A stretch of 64,000 nucleotides of DNA, taken from contig CAJINV010000010.1 in the NCBI GenBank assembly GCA_905178155.1, positions 1,160,709-1,224,708 of the forward strand. Reading direction: 5' to 3'. A program made the translations under genes and the position numbers. The notes under the pieces were generated by a model. It ran no database searches. It was not told where the DNA came from and saw nothing but the letters and a program-made list of their open reading frames with translations. Positions 25,539 to 36,341 of the stretch are shown in pieces. Numbering within the stretch: position 1 is the stretch's first letter; each line of letters opens with the position of its first letter. The stretch comes from Amoebophrya sp. A120. Its lineage: Eukaryota > Protista > Dinoflagellata.

Positions 25539-25778
25539 TATGGGGTTCTCAGACGTTACATTCTCAACTGTTACATGATAGATTTGTCATGCAAAATGAG
25601 CATGACCCGCCAGACGAGCAAGCTGCTTCGCATGCCAAATTCTCCGAAGGGCTAAATAGCACTGTAGTCCGCGCCAAGCCTGTAATGCAAGACGCGCAAG
25701 ATTCTCCCTCTTATCTGTGCTAGTCTTGCATTACAAATTCATGTAACAGTTGAGAATGTAACGTTTGAGAACGCCATA
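25539..25778. mobile_element. Introner, family E
   Basis: TIR TATGG.GTTCTCA.ACGTTACATTCTCAACTGTTACATGA; DR CCGGC/CCGGC. Confidence 0.93.
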
Positions 25779-25823
25779 CCGGCGTCATCCTCCACCCAGT
25801 CCCAGTCGAGTTCTTCTTCCAGC

Positions 25824-26075
25824 TATCAAATGTAAAAGTGTCTGGGTCTGGGAACTTGTGATGCTGGGTAGCCTCTCATGATGAGGCTACAAATGCTGGC
25901 TCAGCATGACAAGTTTTTGAGCTCCTAGGTGTTGCCTATTCTGCATGACAAACTGCGCTTCTGCATCACAGAAAAACGCAGATCTTGGGTAACGTGCATG
26001 ACAGATTTAAGAGTCATGCCAGACAAGCATGACAAACATGAATTCTTCCAGACCCAGACATTTTTACAGTTGATA
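25824..26075. mobile_element. Introner, family A
   Basis: DR CCAGC/CCAGC. Confidence 0.92.
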
Positions 26076-26159
26076 CCAGCCCCTGCAGCTGCCAGGACGG
26101 CGCTTGCGTGCTGTCATCGACGGACGCGGGGGGCGTGTGCTACACGAGCTTCGACAAAG

Positions 26160-26473
26160 TATCAAAACTGAAAACGTCTGGGTCTGGAAGATCGCAAAAA
26201 ATTGTCATGCGCTTCGCCTTTGCACCTGGAAGAAAGTCGTGTGGAATTCTGCAGACGCGCACAGTTGTAGAGCATGACAAGGTCTGCAGAGGCTTCTCTA
26301 CTTGCGTTATTTGCATGAGAAGCAGAAATAATGCCCGTTTCGACAGACAACTTCTTCTGAAAAGCGCTCTGCTACTAAATACAGATTTTTCTTCATCTTG
26401 TTCACTCGTCGAGACTCAGACTCACACACAAGTTTGTATCCCGCCTCTAGGTCCAGACAATTTTGCAATGCAT
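26160..26473. mobile_element. Introner, family A-like with damaged right end
   Basis: TATC..GTCTGGGTCTGG / CCAGACAATTTTGCAATGCAT; flanks CAAAG/CAAGA. Confidence 0.7.
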
Positions 26474-26589
26474 CAAGATCGTGTGGCTACAAAAGCGCGT
26501 TCACAATGTGGACGATGCGGACGGGGATCGACAGGTGGATACGGTGAAGAAGTATGACGGAAGGCGACAGAATATGATTCCTGGGGTTG

Positions 26590-26730
26590 TAAAACTAATT
26601 GTCAACACGCTAAAGAAAAAAAGTGGAGTCATCAAACAAACTGTCGCCCAGAGGTGCTCGCGCGTTGTGGTGGTCATGCCATTCGTGCTTGTAGCGAAAG
26701 CCTATGATGAACCAAAATGATTCTTTTCTG
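26590..26730. repeat. Dispersed repeat, copy 1 of 5 (core GTAGCGAAAGCCTCTGGTGAACCAAAATGATTCTTTTCT)
   Basis: Same-orientation copies end at 26730, 28326, 31990, 33872 and 35131. Confidence 0.9.
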
Positions 26731-27860
26731 CCACAGGTCGGCAGTGAGGCAGATTGTGAGCCTATTTAGGGTTTGGGCTAGAGCTACTAAAGGAGCATGA
26801 CAGAAGCAGTCTTCTGTGCCCAAACAGCATGACAAATTGGATTCCGGGGCTCCGGAAATTTGTCATGCGCCGCTTGGAAATTGGGCTTCCAACTGGTATC
26901 CGCTTTGTGCATGACAAATCATTTCAACTTTGTCGATTTCAACTCTGACACATCCATATGAGGCGGGGATCTTACGGCGCCGGAGTTCCTTCAATTGGCG
27001 GCGAAGCGTTTCCTTCAGCGACATCCTCGAAGAAGAAGTCTCGAGCAGCAACCTATCAAAAGGAAAAATCCCCCCTCCCCATATCGAAAACGAAATTTGT
27101 GATGCTGTATTTGAGTACACAAATCAGATCTGTCTTGCAGAAAGTGCTTGGCGGAATTTTCTAAGCCTGTTTGAATGTGCAGAAGGCTAGCAATAAGGCA
27201 TGACAAACAGGTTTACAGTAGTCAAAAGCGCATGACAGACTGGAGGCTGTGGAATGCGCCACATTGCTCCCATTACCCTACAGGCAAGACAGAGGGTATT
27301 TGTGACCACAAATCAGCATCACAAATTTCCTTTTCGATATGGGGAGGGGGGATTTTTCCTTTTGATACAACCCTGTCAGCTCTTTGCCGGCCGCACAAAC
27401 GGTGGTCGGGGGCGGTGATAGAACGCACGCGAGTAGTACTCTTTGGAGGGCGGAGACCTCGAGTAGTAGAGGTGGACCAACTACAGGTCACGACGCTTTA
27501 CTTGGTGGCTTTGAGATGCAAGACATGACAAGCCCGCCGTCGGGTACTCGGAGTAGTTCAAGAACTTCTCCTCGCGGAGCTATCCCCTTGAATTGCACAC
27601 GCCCACGCCCGAGCGTCGCTGCAAGTGCATCGAAGTAGCAAAAAACGTTAAACCGAACGAACGAATTTTTATGACACTGCGCAAGCCTCTCCTTTTCTCA
27701 AATAAGGTCTGTCATGGAATGAAACGCCCAAAGCAGGAGCACTTGCTTCCTTGCACTACTTATGCTTTTCCTCACAAGCTGGGGCTCCGGCCCAGATAGC
27801 ATTAGCCAGAGGGCATGCAAGTTCGATGATGACGAAATCTATGTTCTGCAATGCAAATGA
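26731..27860 (+). pseudogene. Gene fragment: truncated F introner (to 26958), exon, G introner, exon, truncated element from 27581
   Basis: Frame EAGILRRRSSFNWRR...SSN-PVSSLPAA...SPRGA is open across the G introner; both ends truncated; right boundary approximate. Confidence 0.65.
27054..27367. mobile_element. Introner, family G
   Basis: About 50-bp TIR TATCAAAAGGAAAAATCCCCCCTCCCCATATCGAAAA.GAAATTTGTGATGCTG; DR CAACC/CAACC. Confidence 0.93.
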
Positions 27861-28236
27861 AGCTTCATCTAAGTACACTTGGTTTTGCTTCTGCCACTCT
27901 CAGTTGCTGCTGCTTTTGTTTTGTTTCGTAACATTCCAACGAGGCACATCAGGAGAGGAAGCTATAGAATACCATACTGCATGACTACGAGTGCAAAGTA
28001 CATGAAAATGAAGAAGCGACTGCGACAAAGTGCTCCATCGCCCGAGCAGACGAGAAACAGGAAGGCCAGAAGTTCTGGTACCACGTCACTTGCACTGGCC
28101 CCGACGAGTACACTCCACCTGACCCCTCCAAGTAGAATTGGAGGCGATCGAATCGGAGAAGCGAATCAAACCGACAAGCGACAACAAGATGACGCGCAAC
28201 TAAAAATCGCAACGCAAATAAACATGTGTCATTTTT

Positions 28237-28326
28237 CAGAGATGCTCGCGCGTTCCGTTGGGGTGGTCATGCCATTCATCGTGCTTGTAGCGAAAGCCTC
28301 TGGTGAACCAAAATGATTCTTTTCTG
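28237..28326. repeat. Dispersed repeat, copy 2
   Basis: Matches copy 1; its downstream 58 bp recur after copy 4. Confidence 0.9.
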
Positions 28327-28424
28327 CTGACGAAAAAAACATGTTGTGCTTCTCGAACTTCTACTCCTTCGGGGTGAAAGTCATTCTCTTCCTCCAGTTC
28401 CTCTTCTTCGTCATCACGGCGGGT

Positions 28425-28644
28425 TATCCAGTGTAAATATGTCACGATCATACAACACGAAAGCAGGATGAAGGTGTGCATGATGTCGATGTGTGGATTT
28501 TTTGAGAGCCACAGTCGTCAGCATCTATAATTAGCAGAGGATCGATGAAGATGAACAAGAGCTGCATAGTACAGGAAATATGCATGCCAGATCTGCAGTA
28601 GGTACTACTGTCGTAGTATGACCATGACAAATTTGCATTGCATA
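28425..28644. mobile_element. Introner, family M, in a membrane-protein gene fragment
   Basis: TATCCAGTGTAAATATGTCACGATCATAC / GTATGACCATGACAAATTTGCATTGCATA; DR eroded (CGGGT/CCTGG); joins FLFFVITAG to LDPEQK. Confidence 0.7.
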
Positions 28645-29098
28645 CCTGGTTGGACCCGGAGCAGAAGTCGTCCTCGTCCGAAATTCCGTTTTATCAAGGC
28701 GAAAAACACGTTCAAGAACTCACCACCAGTTACTCAAACAAGAATAAGATAAAGGGCGCTCAAGTTCTTTGATTGATTCTTTCGCGTCGTCGTTGTGCAG
28801 TGCTTTGATGTGTTTCGGCGCATCGAGAAATTCCCTGTAGTCAGAACGGGGAGGACAGCCACAAACTCGGACTCTATTATGCTGCTGCACAACTCTCTCT
28901 TTTCTATGCTTTCAACATTTGATGTCAGACGAAACGCCCGGAGTACGCCATACTTCCTGGCAAGGATTTGCATGACCGCGACAAGTTGTGGCTACTACTC
29001 CAACTGAGATATCAATAGGGTTACAGTACATGCAGCATGGCTTCTATGAAATATGACTTCATGATACAAAAAAAATGGCTTCTATATTCTTGTCATTC

Positions 29099-31451
29099 TT
29101 ACTCCGAAAGCGGGGGTCCTAGGGTCCGGGTTGCCGAACCCGTGCAGAATTTGCGGGGAACTTGGCTGCGGATTTTTCTCGTCTAGAATATTAAAGCCCG
29201 CCCGCGGCCTTTTGCAAATGATCACAATCATGCAGCGCGCCGCGATAGGGAGGCGGGCTTTCGCATGGAGACTCCCGCCGACGCCTGCGATTGCTAGGCA
29301 AAGATGATACCACAGCCTCGCAAAGATGATACCACAGCACCATCGTGTAACGTGCGTTACACGGTGGCCCGCTGTTATTTGCTTCTCTTGGCGTTGCCCG
29401 GCCTTTCCAAGGTAGAAAGGCCTGCTTTTGGCGTGTCCATGGCACCGTCGTGAGTAAGGTTAGCCACGATGGAGATGCGCTTGCTTGTTTTCGCAGCTTC
29501 GGGCGCAGGGCCATACGCCCGGGACAGGCGGCCGGAGAGAGTGGCTGACGACTCCACATGCATGCCGGAGCCCCACCAGGATAGGGTAGCTTCCAGCTGC
29601 GCGGCCCGGTTTCTTTCGGGGCTTGTGCATGGGTTGCCACGGTTGTAGCCTGGGGCCCTAATATCCAAGAGAACCGGCCACGGCTCTCAAGCTCCGGAAC
29701 TTGGCTCAGAACTTGTTCCAGAACTTTTTCCAGAACATGTCCCAGAACTTGTCTCGGAAAGATCGAGGACGCAGCTTGATCTTTCCTCAAGGTGAGACGC
29801 CCGCCAGCTAGACCCGAGTGAGAGGGGCAAGGCGCCGCTGGCTCGCCTGCCAGGCTGCGGCTACTTTCTTGGTTAGCGAGCAGCGCCCCTCCTCGCCTTC
29901 GTGCCCTATTAATAGCGGAGGCGCGCCATTCTGCCTGCCCTTGCTTCAAGCAGCTTCTGTTTTGTTTGTCATGTTGACGCCCCCCGCGGAGAGGACTTCT
30001 TTTTCTTGTAGTTTGGGTTAGCTCTGTCCATTTGGTATGCCGCTACTGGCCTGCCGATCGGTGCGTGGGTGCTCTTTTTCTTTCAGAGCTGTGGTCGGGC
30101 CTTTACTTGGTCCCCCGCAACTTCTTTGGGGATTCGACGCGAGGAGGCTTCCTCCGGAGCTTTCTCCGGAACTTGCTCAGAACTTGGTAAGGACTTGCCC
30201 AAAACTTGTCTCGGAAGTTGCCCAGACTTTTTTTTTTTGGCGTTTTTGGCGCGTTTTCTTTTCTCGTTTCACGGTGGGGCAGCCAATTTTCCGCTTTCTC
30301 TTTTGTGGCTCACGAAAAAAGTTTGGGCAAGTTCCAAACAAGTTCTGGGACAAGTTCTCAGACAAGGGCTCAGACAAAGTCTCAGGCATGTTCCGGGAAG
30401 GTTCCGAAATGAGTCCCGGGGCAAGTTTCCGAGCAATGAGCCTCCAGGGGAGGTAGGTTGGCCCGGAACAAGGCCCGGGGCAGGCTCCTGCGCAGGCGTC
30501 CCGCGAGCAAGGTGCCCCTCGGGGGGTATTTGTGGAAATAGCTAGCCCCGCCGAGGGGGCCACGAGGGTGGTCCGGGCCCTGTCTTTGTCGGCGAGGGTG
30601 CTTCGCATCGTCGAACCGAAGTGCCGGCCTTCGGCACCGCCAGCCGCCGACGTGCGTTTTGATGGGAGCGTCGCTGTGGTTTGATCCGGTTCGGGGGCCT
30701 CGCAACCCTAAAGCGGCCAGAGGGCCACCCCGGGGGTTTTTGGGTTTCTGAAGGAGGGCAGGCTGCGGGGTGTCACGGCATCGGTGGTCGCCTGGGTGTT
30801 GGCTCGGCGCAGCCTGCCAAGCCTGCCCCCCTCTCGGCGCCCGGCGTGGATGGGCCGGCCCCCGTCGTCGGGCCGGCGGTCCCGCCGAGGATTATTTTGT
30901 TGTCATCGCACGCGCCCCCGAAACGCTTTGTTTTATCGCATTCCAGCAAACGAAGCCGCGTGCCATCGTGTAACGCGCGTTACACGATGGCGCTCTCCCT
31001 TCATCGTGTCTCCTGCTGCGCTGGTGTGGCATGTTCCCGGCCGTAGACGCGCTGTCTCGCCACAGGGCGACACTCGCTCTCGCGCTCCCCCTCCGGTGCA
31101 ACACCTCAAAGAAAGGCCTCCCTTCTTGTCGTGCCCACAGCCGCGAGCACGGACGGGCGCTCGGCTGTGGGGAAGCATGCTGCATCGTGCTCATCTTCGG
31201 TTGATGTGCAAGCGTGTTGACGTAGCGCTTGGCCGTCGCTTAGGTGGTTCGTCTTGGTGGGTTGCTGTCTCGCACCAACGTGCAGCCGGCATCCACTTGA
31301 GCAGTATAGACCGGCGGGAGGTTGGGCCCTCGTTGCCTGGAACCCCGGTGCCCTCTTGTGTTGCCCCAACCGGAAACCGGCCCGACAAGTTCTGCGCAAG
31401 TTCTGGGCAAGTTCGGCACCCCATACATCTAGACCCATGCTTTCGGAGTAA
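29099..31451. mobile_element. Non-autonomous TIR transposon, 2353 bp, 8-bp TSD
   Basis: TIR TTACTCCGAAAGC / GCTTTCGGAGTAA with further imperfect pairing; TSD TGTCATTC at 29091-29098 and 31452-31459; GC-rich; arrays of about 12-bp GAACTTG units. Confidence 0.88.
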
Positions 31452-31772
31452 TGTCATTCTCATTTTTATTATTTTTTTCCTTCCAGAGGCAACGGCTTTT
31501 TGTGTTTCTTTTTCGCCTGTTAGTTCTGCCACTGTGCCTGTTGCTGGTGCTCCTATCCCTCAAATCAATGACACGAAAACCGAGGGAGTTGTAATACACC
31601 ATATCACACGAGCCGTGGGAATGGGGGTGCGGACCGTGGCCTAGTTCTTGCCAACGGGACGTTCTCGAGGAAGATCAAGATCCACATGGGTCCACAATCG
31701 TGTGCGGCTACGCGTGAGTGGATTAGCATTCGCTTTGGTGAGAAGTTAAGCGACAGAATAATATGAATGACG

Positions 31773-31990
31773 TAAAACTAATTGTCAGAATACAATTAAA
31801 ACTGGAATACGGGCTATCAAACTGTCGCTCGGAGGTGCTCGTGCGTTGATTGTGGTAGTCATGCCAGTCGTTTCTATAGATTTATTTTTTCTAGTTTCTC
31901 TTTTTGTAGCTTACTTTGCTAAGCCTTTTATGTTGTATTTCTCCTGTAGCGAAACCGAAAGCCTCTGGTGAACCAAAATGATTCTTTTCT
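31773..31990. repeat. Dispersed repeat, copy 3 (interrupted)
   Basis: AAAACTAATTGTCA..AAACTGTCGC..GAGGTGCTCG..GTCATGCCA, then the core. Confidence 0.85.
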
Positions 31991-32010
31991 CAGTTTGTTG
32001 ATTTCTTTTT

Positions 32011-33623
32011 TTGGTGGATGCTGTTGAAAACAACCAGCAAATAGACACAAGTACTTCATCTTCATTTCCAATTGGTGGTGCTGCTCCTTCTGCGAGTAGC
32101 ATGGATGTTTGTCCGTCTTTTGGAGGACGAGCTTGTGGGTCGACGAGCAGTAGTGCCGCCGGAGGACGACCAGCAGGAGGGCCTGCTCCCAGTAGTAGTG
32201 CATCAAGCTCAACAGGTTCCTGTCCGCAGCAGGCGCCAGAGCTGCTGCCAAGTTGCGCCGGCCCCGATATTACAACTGCGCAATTCACTACGACAAGCAT
32301 GAAAACCACGACGACGAAGAAGAAGTTTGTTCCGCGGTCCAAAAACAAGCACTTCCGGGAGGAGCAAGAGCGGCAATTGAAAGAAGAACAGGAGAAGCAG
32401 GCACGGGAACAAGAGCTACAGCGTTTGAAGGATCTAGAGGGAGAGGAGAAAAAACGGCAGGAGCGGAAACAAAAGCGAAGGGAATTGAAACGACAGCGAA
32501 GGGAAGATGAGAAACGGGAAATGAAGGAGCGGTTACTAGCGGAGCAGCAGCAGCGGGAACTTCAGGAAGCGTTGTTGCGAGATGCGGAAGAGCAGCAGCG
32601 GCAGAGGGAGGAACAGGAACGACGTGAGGCGGAGGAGAAGCAGCAGCAGCTTCTACTGCAGAAACAAAAATGTGAAATGAATCAAACCAGCAAGTCCGAA
32701 AAAAGTAAAAAAGAGCTGAAGAAGAAAATAAAAGAGAAACAACGACAAGATGAAGAACAACTCCGTCGTACAGGTCCGACCTACGTTGAACTGGTGGAGA
32801 TTCTCGATCCAGCCTCTTACGAGAAGGCCGAGGTGGGGAACGAACAAATCGTCGGCAAGACGAACAATTACAGCAAGGACACGCGGCGACAAACCCGGGC
32901 AGTGGTGTACTGGGGCAGGAGCAGATGAGCCAGCACGAACTAACAGAGCACGAACACCAGCGGCAGACAGAACCCCACGAAAATAGCCTCAACTTCACTC
33001 CGAAAAATCATTCTCCAATACGCCCAAGAGATGAACCTCCTCCCCGACGGCGCAACAAAGACGTAAAAAGCGACCCAAAGCGTCCGATCTCTCCGCCGGG
33101 AAACTGCAACAACCAAGCAAAAAACCTAAAATTACAGGGTCTCGATCCCCCGCCATTTTTCCCATCCGACTCCAAACCGATTAACAGGCGGAAATTCACG
33201 CTCCCCTATGACTACGATTCGCGAAAACCGAGGGTTTTTCTTGAAAGACACATAGTTCCGTTTCACATGCCGGTGCATTGGAATGAGGATTTAGAGGATT
33301 ACTACGAGACCTTCACCGGGAAACCGGTCGTTCCTTGTTACGAGAAATTTTGCGACGCAGCGGCGAATCTGGGGATAAAGGTGAATCAGTTGTTGAAGCA
33401 CCGTATGCATTGCAAAAGTATCGTACTAGTATAAATCGCATGACAAATTTTTTCAAGAAGAAAGTTGGAACTTGTAATGCAGATTCAGGTAGGAAACTAA
33501 CCAGATTTGTCATGCATGCCTGCAATTGGTTCATACGAGTGCGATGCTTTTGCAGTGGATACACCGCGCGAAGGAAGTCGGGAGATGTTGCAAACTGTTC
33601 AACCTGTTAGACGAAAGAGCAGG
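32011..33623 (+). pseudogene. Frameshifted, probably 5'-truncated coiled-coil protein gene
   Basis: ORFs 32011-32928 and 32925-33403 need a frameshift near 32880; frame continues across introner 33404-33561 (KHRAKEVG...). Confidence 0.55.
33404..33561. mobile_element. Introner, family B
   Basis: DR CACCG/CACCG. Confidence 0.9.
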
Positions 33624-33828
33624 TACTTGGTTGCGCAAGATTCATCACCAGATTTTTTCAGGTCAGCCACGAGCTCGTGAGGGATGATAAAAATTGGAGG
33701 ATTGATGTCATGCAACACTGCTGGACGATAATGAAATTTTTATTTTTCCTGCTACGAAAAATGACCCCTTTGCCTTTCAACTACAGATACTCCGACAGAG
33801 GACTGTTGTGGACAAGGAGTTGTGAGTC

Positions 33829-33930
33829 GCTTGTAGCGAAAGCCTCTGGTGAACCAAAATGATTCTTTTCTGCTGACGAAAAAAACATGTTGTGCTTCTC
33901 GAACTTCTACTCCTTCGGGGTGAAAGTCAT
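33829..33930. repeat. Dispersed repeat, copy 4, plus duplicated flank
   Basis: Identical to 28283-28384. Confidence 0.92.
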
Positions 33931-34634
33931 GGAACAAGCTACGTTCGAGGGGGGAACAAGCTAAGTTCCTTCTTTCTGTAACGGAACAAGCTACGTTCGA
34001 GGGGGGCTGGAGATGTAAAGGGGATTGCTGGTTACCCTTAAATAGGTAAGCTCCGTCGCGACTCCAGCTTATGACCCCCGTCCCCCCTCCCACCCTTTGC
34101 TTCTGTTGCAGAATAAGTCAAGGAGTTGCACTCTGACCGCCACGCACAAACTAAACCTTTAAGTTGTCGCTGTGCCCCAGGTGGGTTGCCAGTCAGCAGT
34201 GACAAACAACTGGCCAATGGTTTGACATCTCCGGTCCGCGGCACTTGCCTTTTTCGTCCGTGCCGCAGGTAAGGCACAAATGGTCCAGCCTCCCCTGTCC
34301 GGGTGGGGTTGCGGCTTAAGGGAGAGCCTCGCCCCTTAGCCCAAAGGGGTACGTCGTCTCTTCCGTGAGAACAAAAATGTATGGCGTAAAATGGGTCGGG
34401 TCCTGGATCGTTCTGTATGTTGGGCTGTCGCGCTCGGCTAGCTGGCCGGGCTGTACTGATCGGGTGTGGTGGGTAGCTCCCGACTGGTTGGTACTTTTAT
34501 TGGGGCGACTTGCCGTGGTAGCGCTCGGCTTTTGTATGTTGAGGTCGCCGAAAGTGCTTCCTCGCCCACCCCCCGGGGAGGGGATCCTTGACCTGTGGCG
34601 CTGGGTGCGGGTGTCCACTACATGATGATGATGA

Positions 34635-35049
34635 TGGCACTGTTTGCGTGACAAGGTCTGGCAGCCCAAATAGCACTACAATCCAGTGCAAATTTGTCAT
34701 GCAAAATCCGCATTTTCGCTGGCGCTTGTATTGCCGTTCATGCACTGACTACAAATTAGGGGGAGAGGGAGTCGTGCACTGTCATAGTCGATTAACGACA
34801 ACGGCTGGCTCTTCGCGTTCCGCCTGTGTCCGGTCAGCGGGCAGCTCCTATCAAAAGCAAATGTGTCTGGGTCTGGAAGGATGCAACTTGTGATGCTGAC
34901 TTTGGATTCTACAAAAATTTGTATTGCATGAACAGCAAAACCAAAAGCGGCCCAGTTTTGGTCACGGCAAGAGGGCATTTATCATGCGGTATAGGCATCA
35001 GGAAGCCCTCACAAAATCTGTGATGCTAGGCCATGCATTACAGACATCA
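34635..35049 (+). pseudogene. Fragment of a lactonase paralog (partial H introner, exon, partial A introner)
   Basis: 34635-34848 aligns with 18203-18412; an extra family-A element starts at 34849 and lacks its right TIR. Confidence 0.88.
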
Positions 35050-35078
35050 GAACATCAGTCATCAGAGGCCATGTCACA

Positions 35079-35131
35079 TTCTCCTGTAGCGAAACCGAAA
35101 GCCTCTGGTGAACCAAAATGATTCTTTTCTG
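35079..35131. repeat. Dispersed repeat, copy 5
   Basis: Same variant (GAAACCGAAAG) as copy 3. Confidence 0.9.
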
Positions 35132-36341
35132 TAACGGACAGCGATTCGTAGGTACGTTCTACGAGAAGCGAAACGCTTCGGAAAAGATAAACTAACTTGC
35201 ACAGTCGAGGAAGAAGTGCAAAACCGCCCTGGTGTTGATGGTTTTTCCTTTATCACTACTGCAACTGATGTTCTCTGCTTGACAAGAATCAATCAGATCA
35301 CGTGTCGAAATGATCGCAATCGGTGTGATAATTTCATGTTGCTTCTGCTTGAAAAATATCATGTTTATGCACATCAAAACTGTAAACACGAAAGAGTTGT
35401 TGCGCAACTCCACCTGGTCCGTACTTGCCTTGTTTCATTTCGATCGTCTATACTACTTCTACCGAGCGAACAAGCGGTGTCTGTTGTCACTTCGTCTTCC
35501 TACACCTATTCTGGTCACGGTAATCTTTCCTCGTCTTGGTCAAGACTATCTTCAGTATCACTGTCGATTTCGATATCATGGCCAGGGAGGTCTCTTTGAT
35601 CCTATGAAGATCCGCTTTTTGTCTAAATTCAAACTCTTTTTTTCTTAGCCTTCACGCAAGACGAAAAGTGCGATGACGGAGATCGGGCTCGCACGCGGAG
35701 GCAGTGGTATCAGAAAGAGGTGTGCAGTTGGTTCGAACAAAGAAGTCCACTACGTGGGACGACTTTCTTGGGGTGTGCATTTCGTAAAGCTTGTATATCG
35801 TGATGCTAATAAAATACGGTGTCATCGCGGTGCTCCTCGTGAAGTGCTCTGATTACAGTTCCCCGGGTTGCAACTTCGGTGTAAGTTGTCGATGTCGTAT
35901 CAACATTGTCGTGAATGGTTCTGGATGGAGACCACAACATCAACATTTATATCGTACAATTACAACTGCAACATTTGTCGGTCAGTAAGACACGGCATAA
36001 GGATCACAGGAGCTCGAAGTTACACGACCTAACTACCAGATGAAGAGAACACGACTCCAGCCTTGTTTGCTATTTGTAAAAAACTCGTCGTCGTTAAGTT
36101 GGAATCGTTTTGCCTAGATGATTTTATTCATGAAAAAAAAGCATCAAAGGCTTGCTTGACTGTTTTTTCCGGATAAAAGATAACAAGCTCGAAAGACGAC
36201 ATCGATTTCCGGAATGATTTTTGGACTGCGGCCGGAGGTTCTGCGTTTTTGAGGTTCGACACTGTAGTTGCAGCAGGTGCAGCAAATCCGTCGAAACTGC
36301 ATCATGGTTTAGCTATCATAGAAAAATTGACTGATATTATC

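Larger units (their letters stand above)
23815..26557 (+). pseudogene. Cys-rich protein gene disrupted by an internal duplication and an insertion (possible pseudogene)
   Basis: Reconstructable frame ...WCACKTK...GRCWG-HITVNAEK...TCNYDG-PMDYKCEPPA-SSSTQ...S-PCSCQDGACVL...CYTSFDK; interrupted by 24692-24835 and by a tandem duplication; 3' end unresolved. Confidence 0.6.

Noticed and set aside
26709-26720. Reverse complement CATTTTGGTTCA resembles the dinoflagellate spliced leader core CATTTTGGCTCAAG
   Set aside because: Short imperfect match, antisense to the genes and embedded in a longer repeat.
29191-31644. ORFs of 100-290 aa in the GC-rich element
   Set aside because: Overlapping on both strands with no domain motifs; explained by GC content and repeats.
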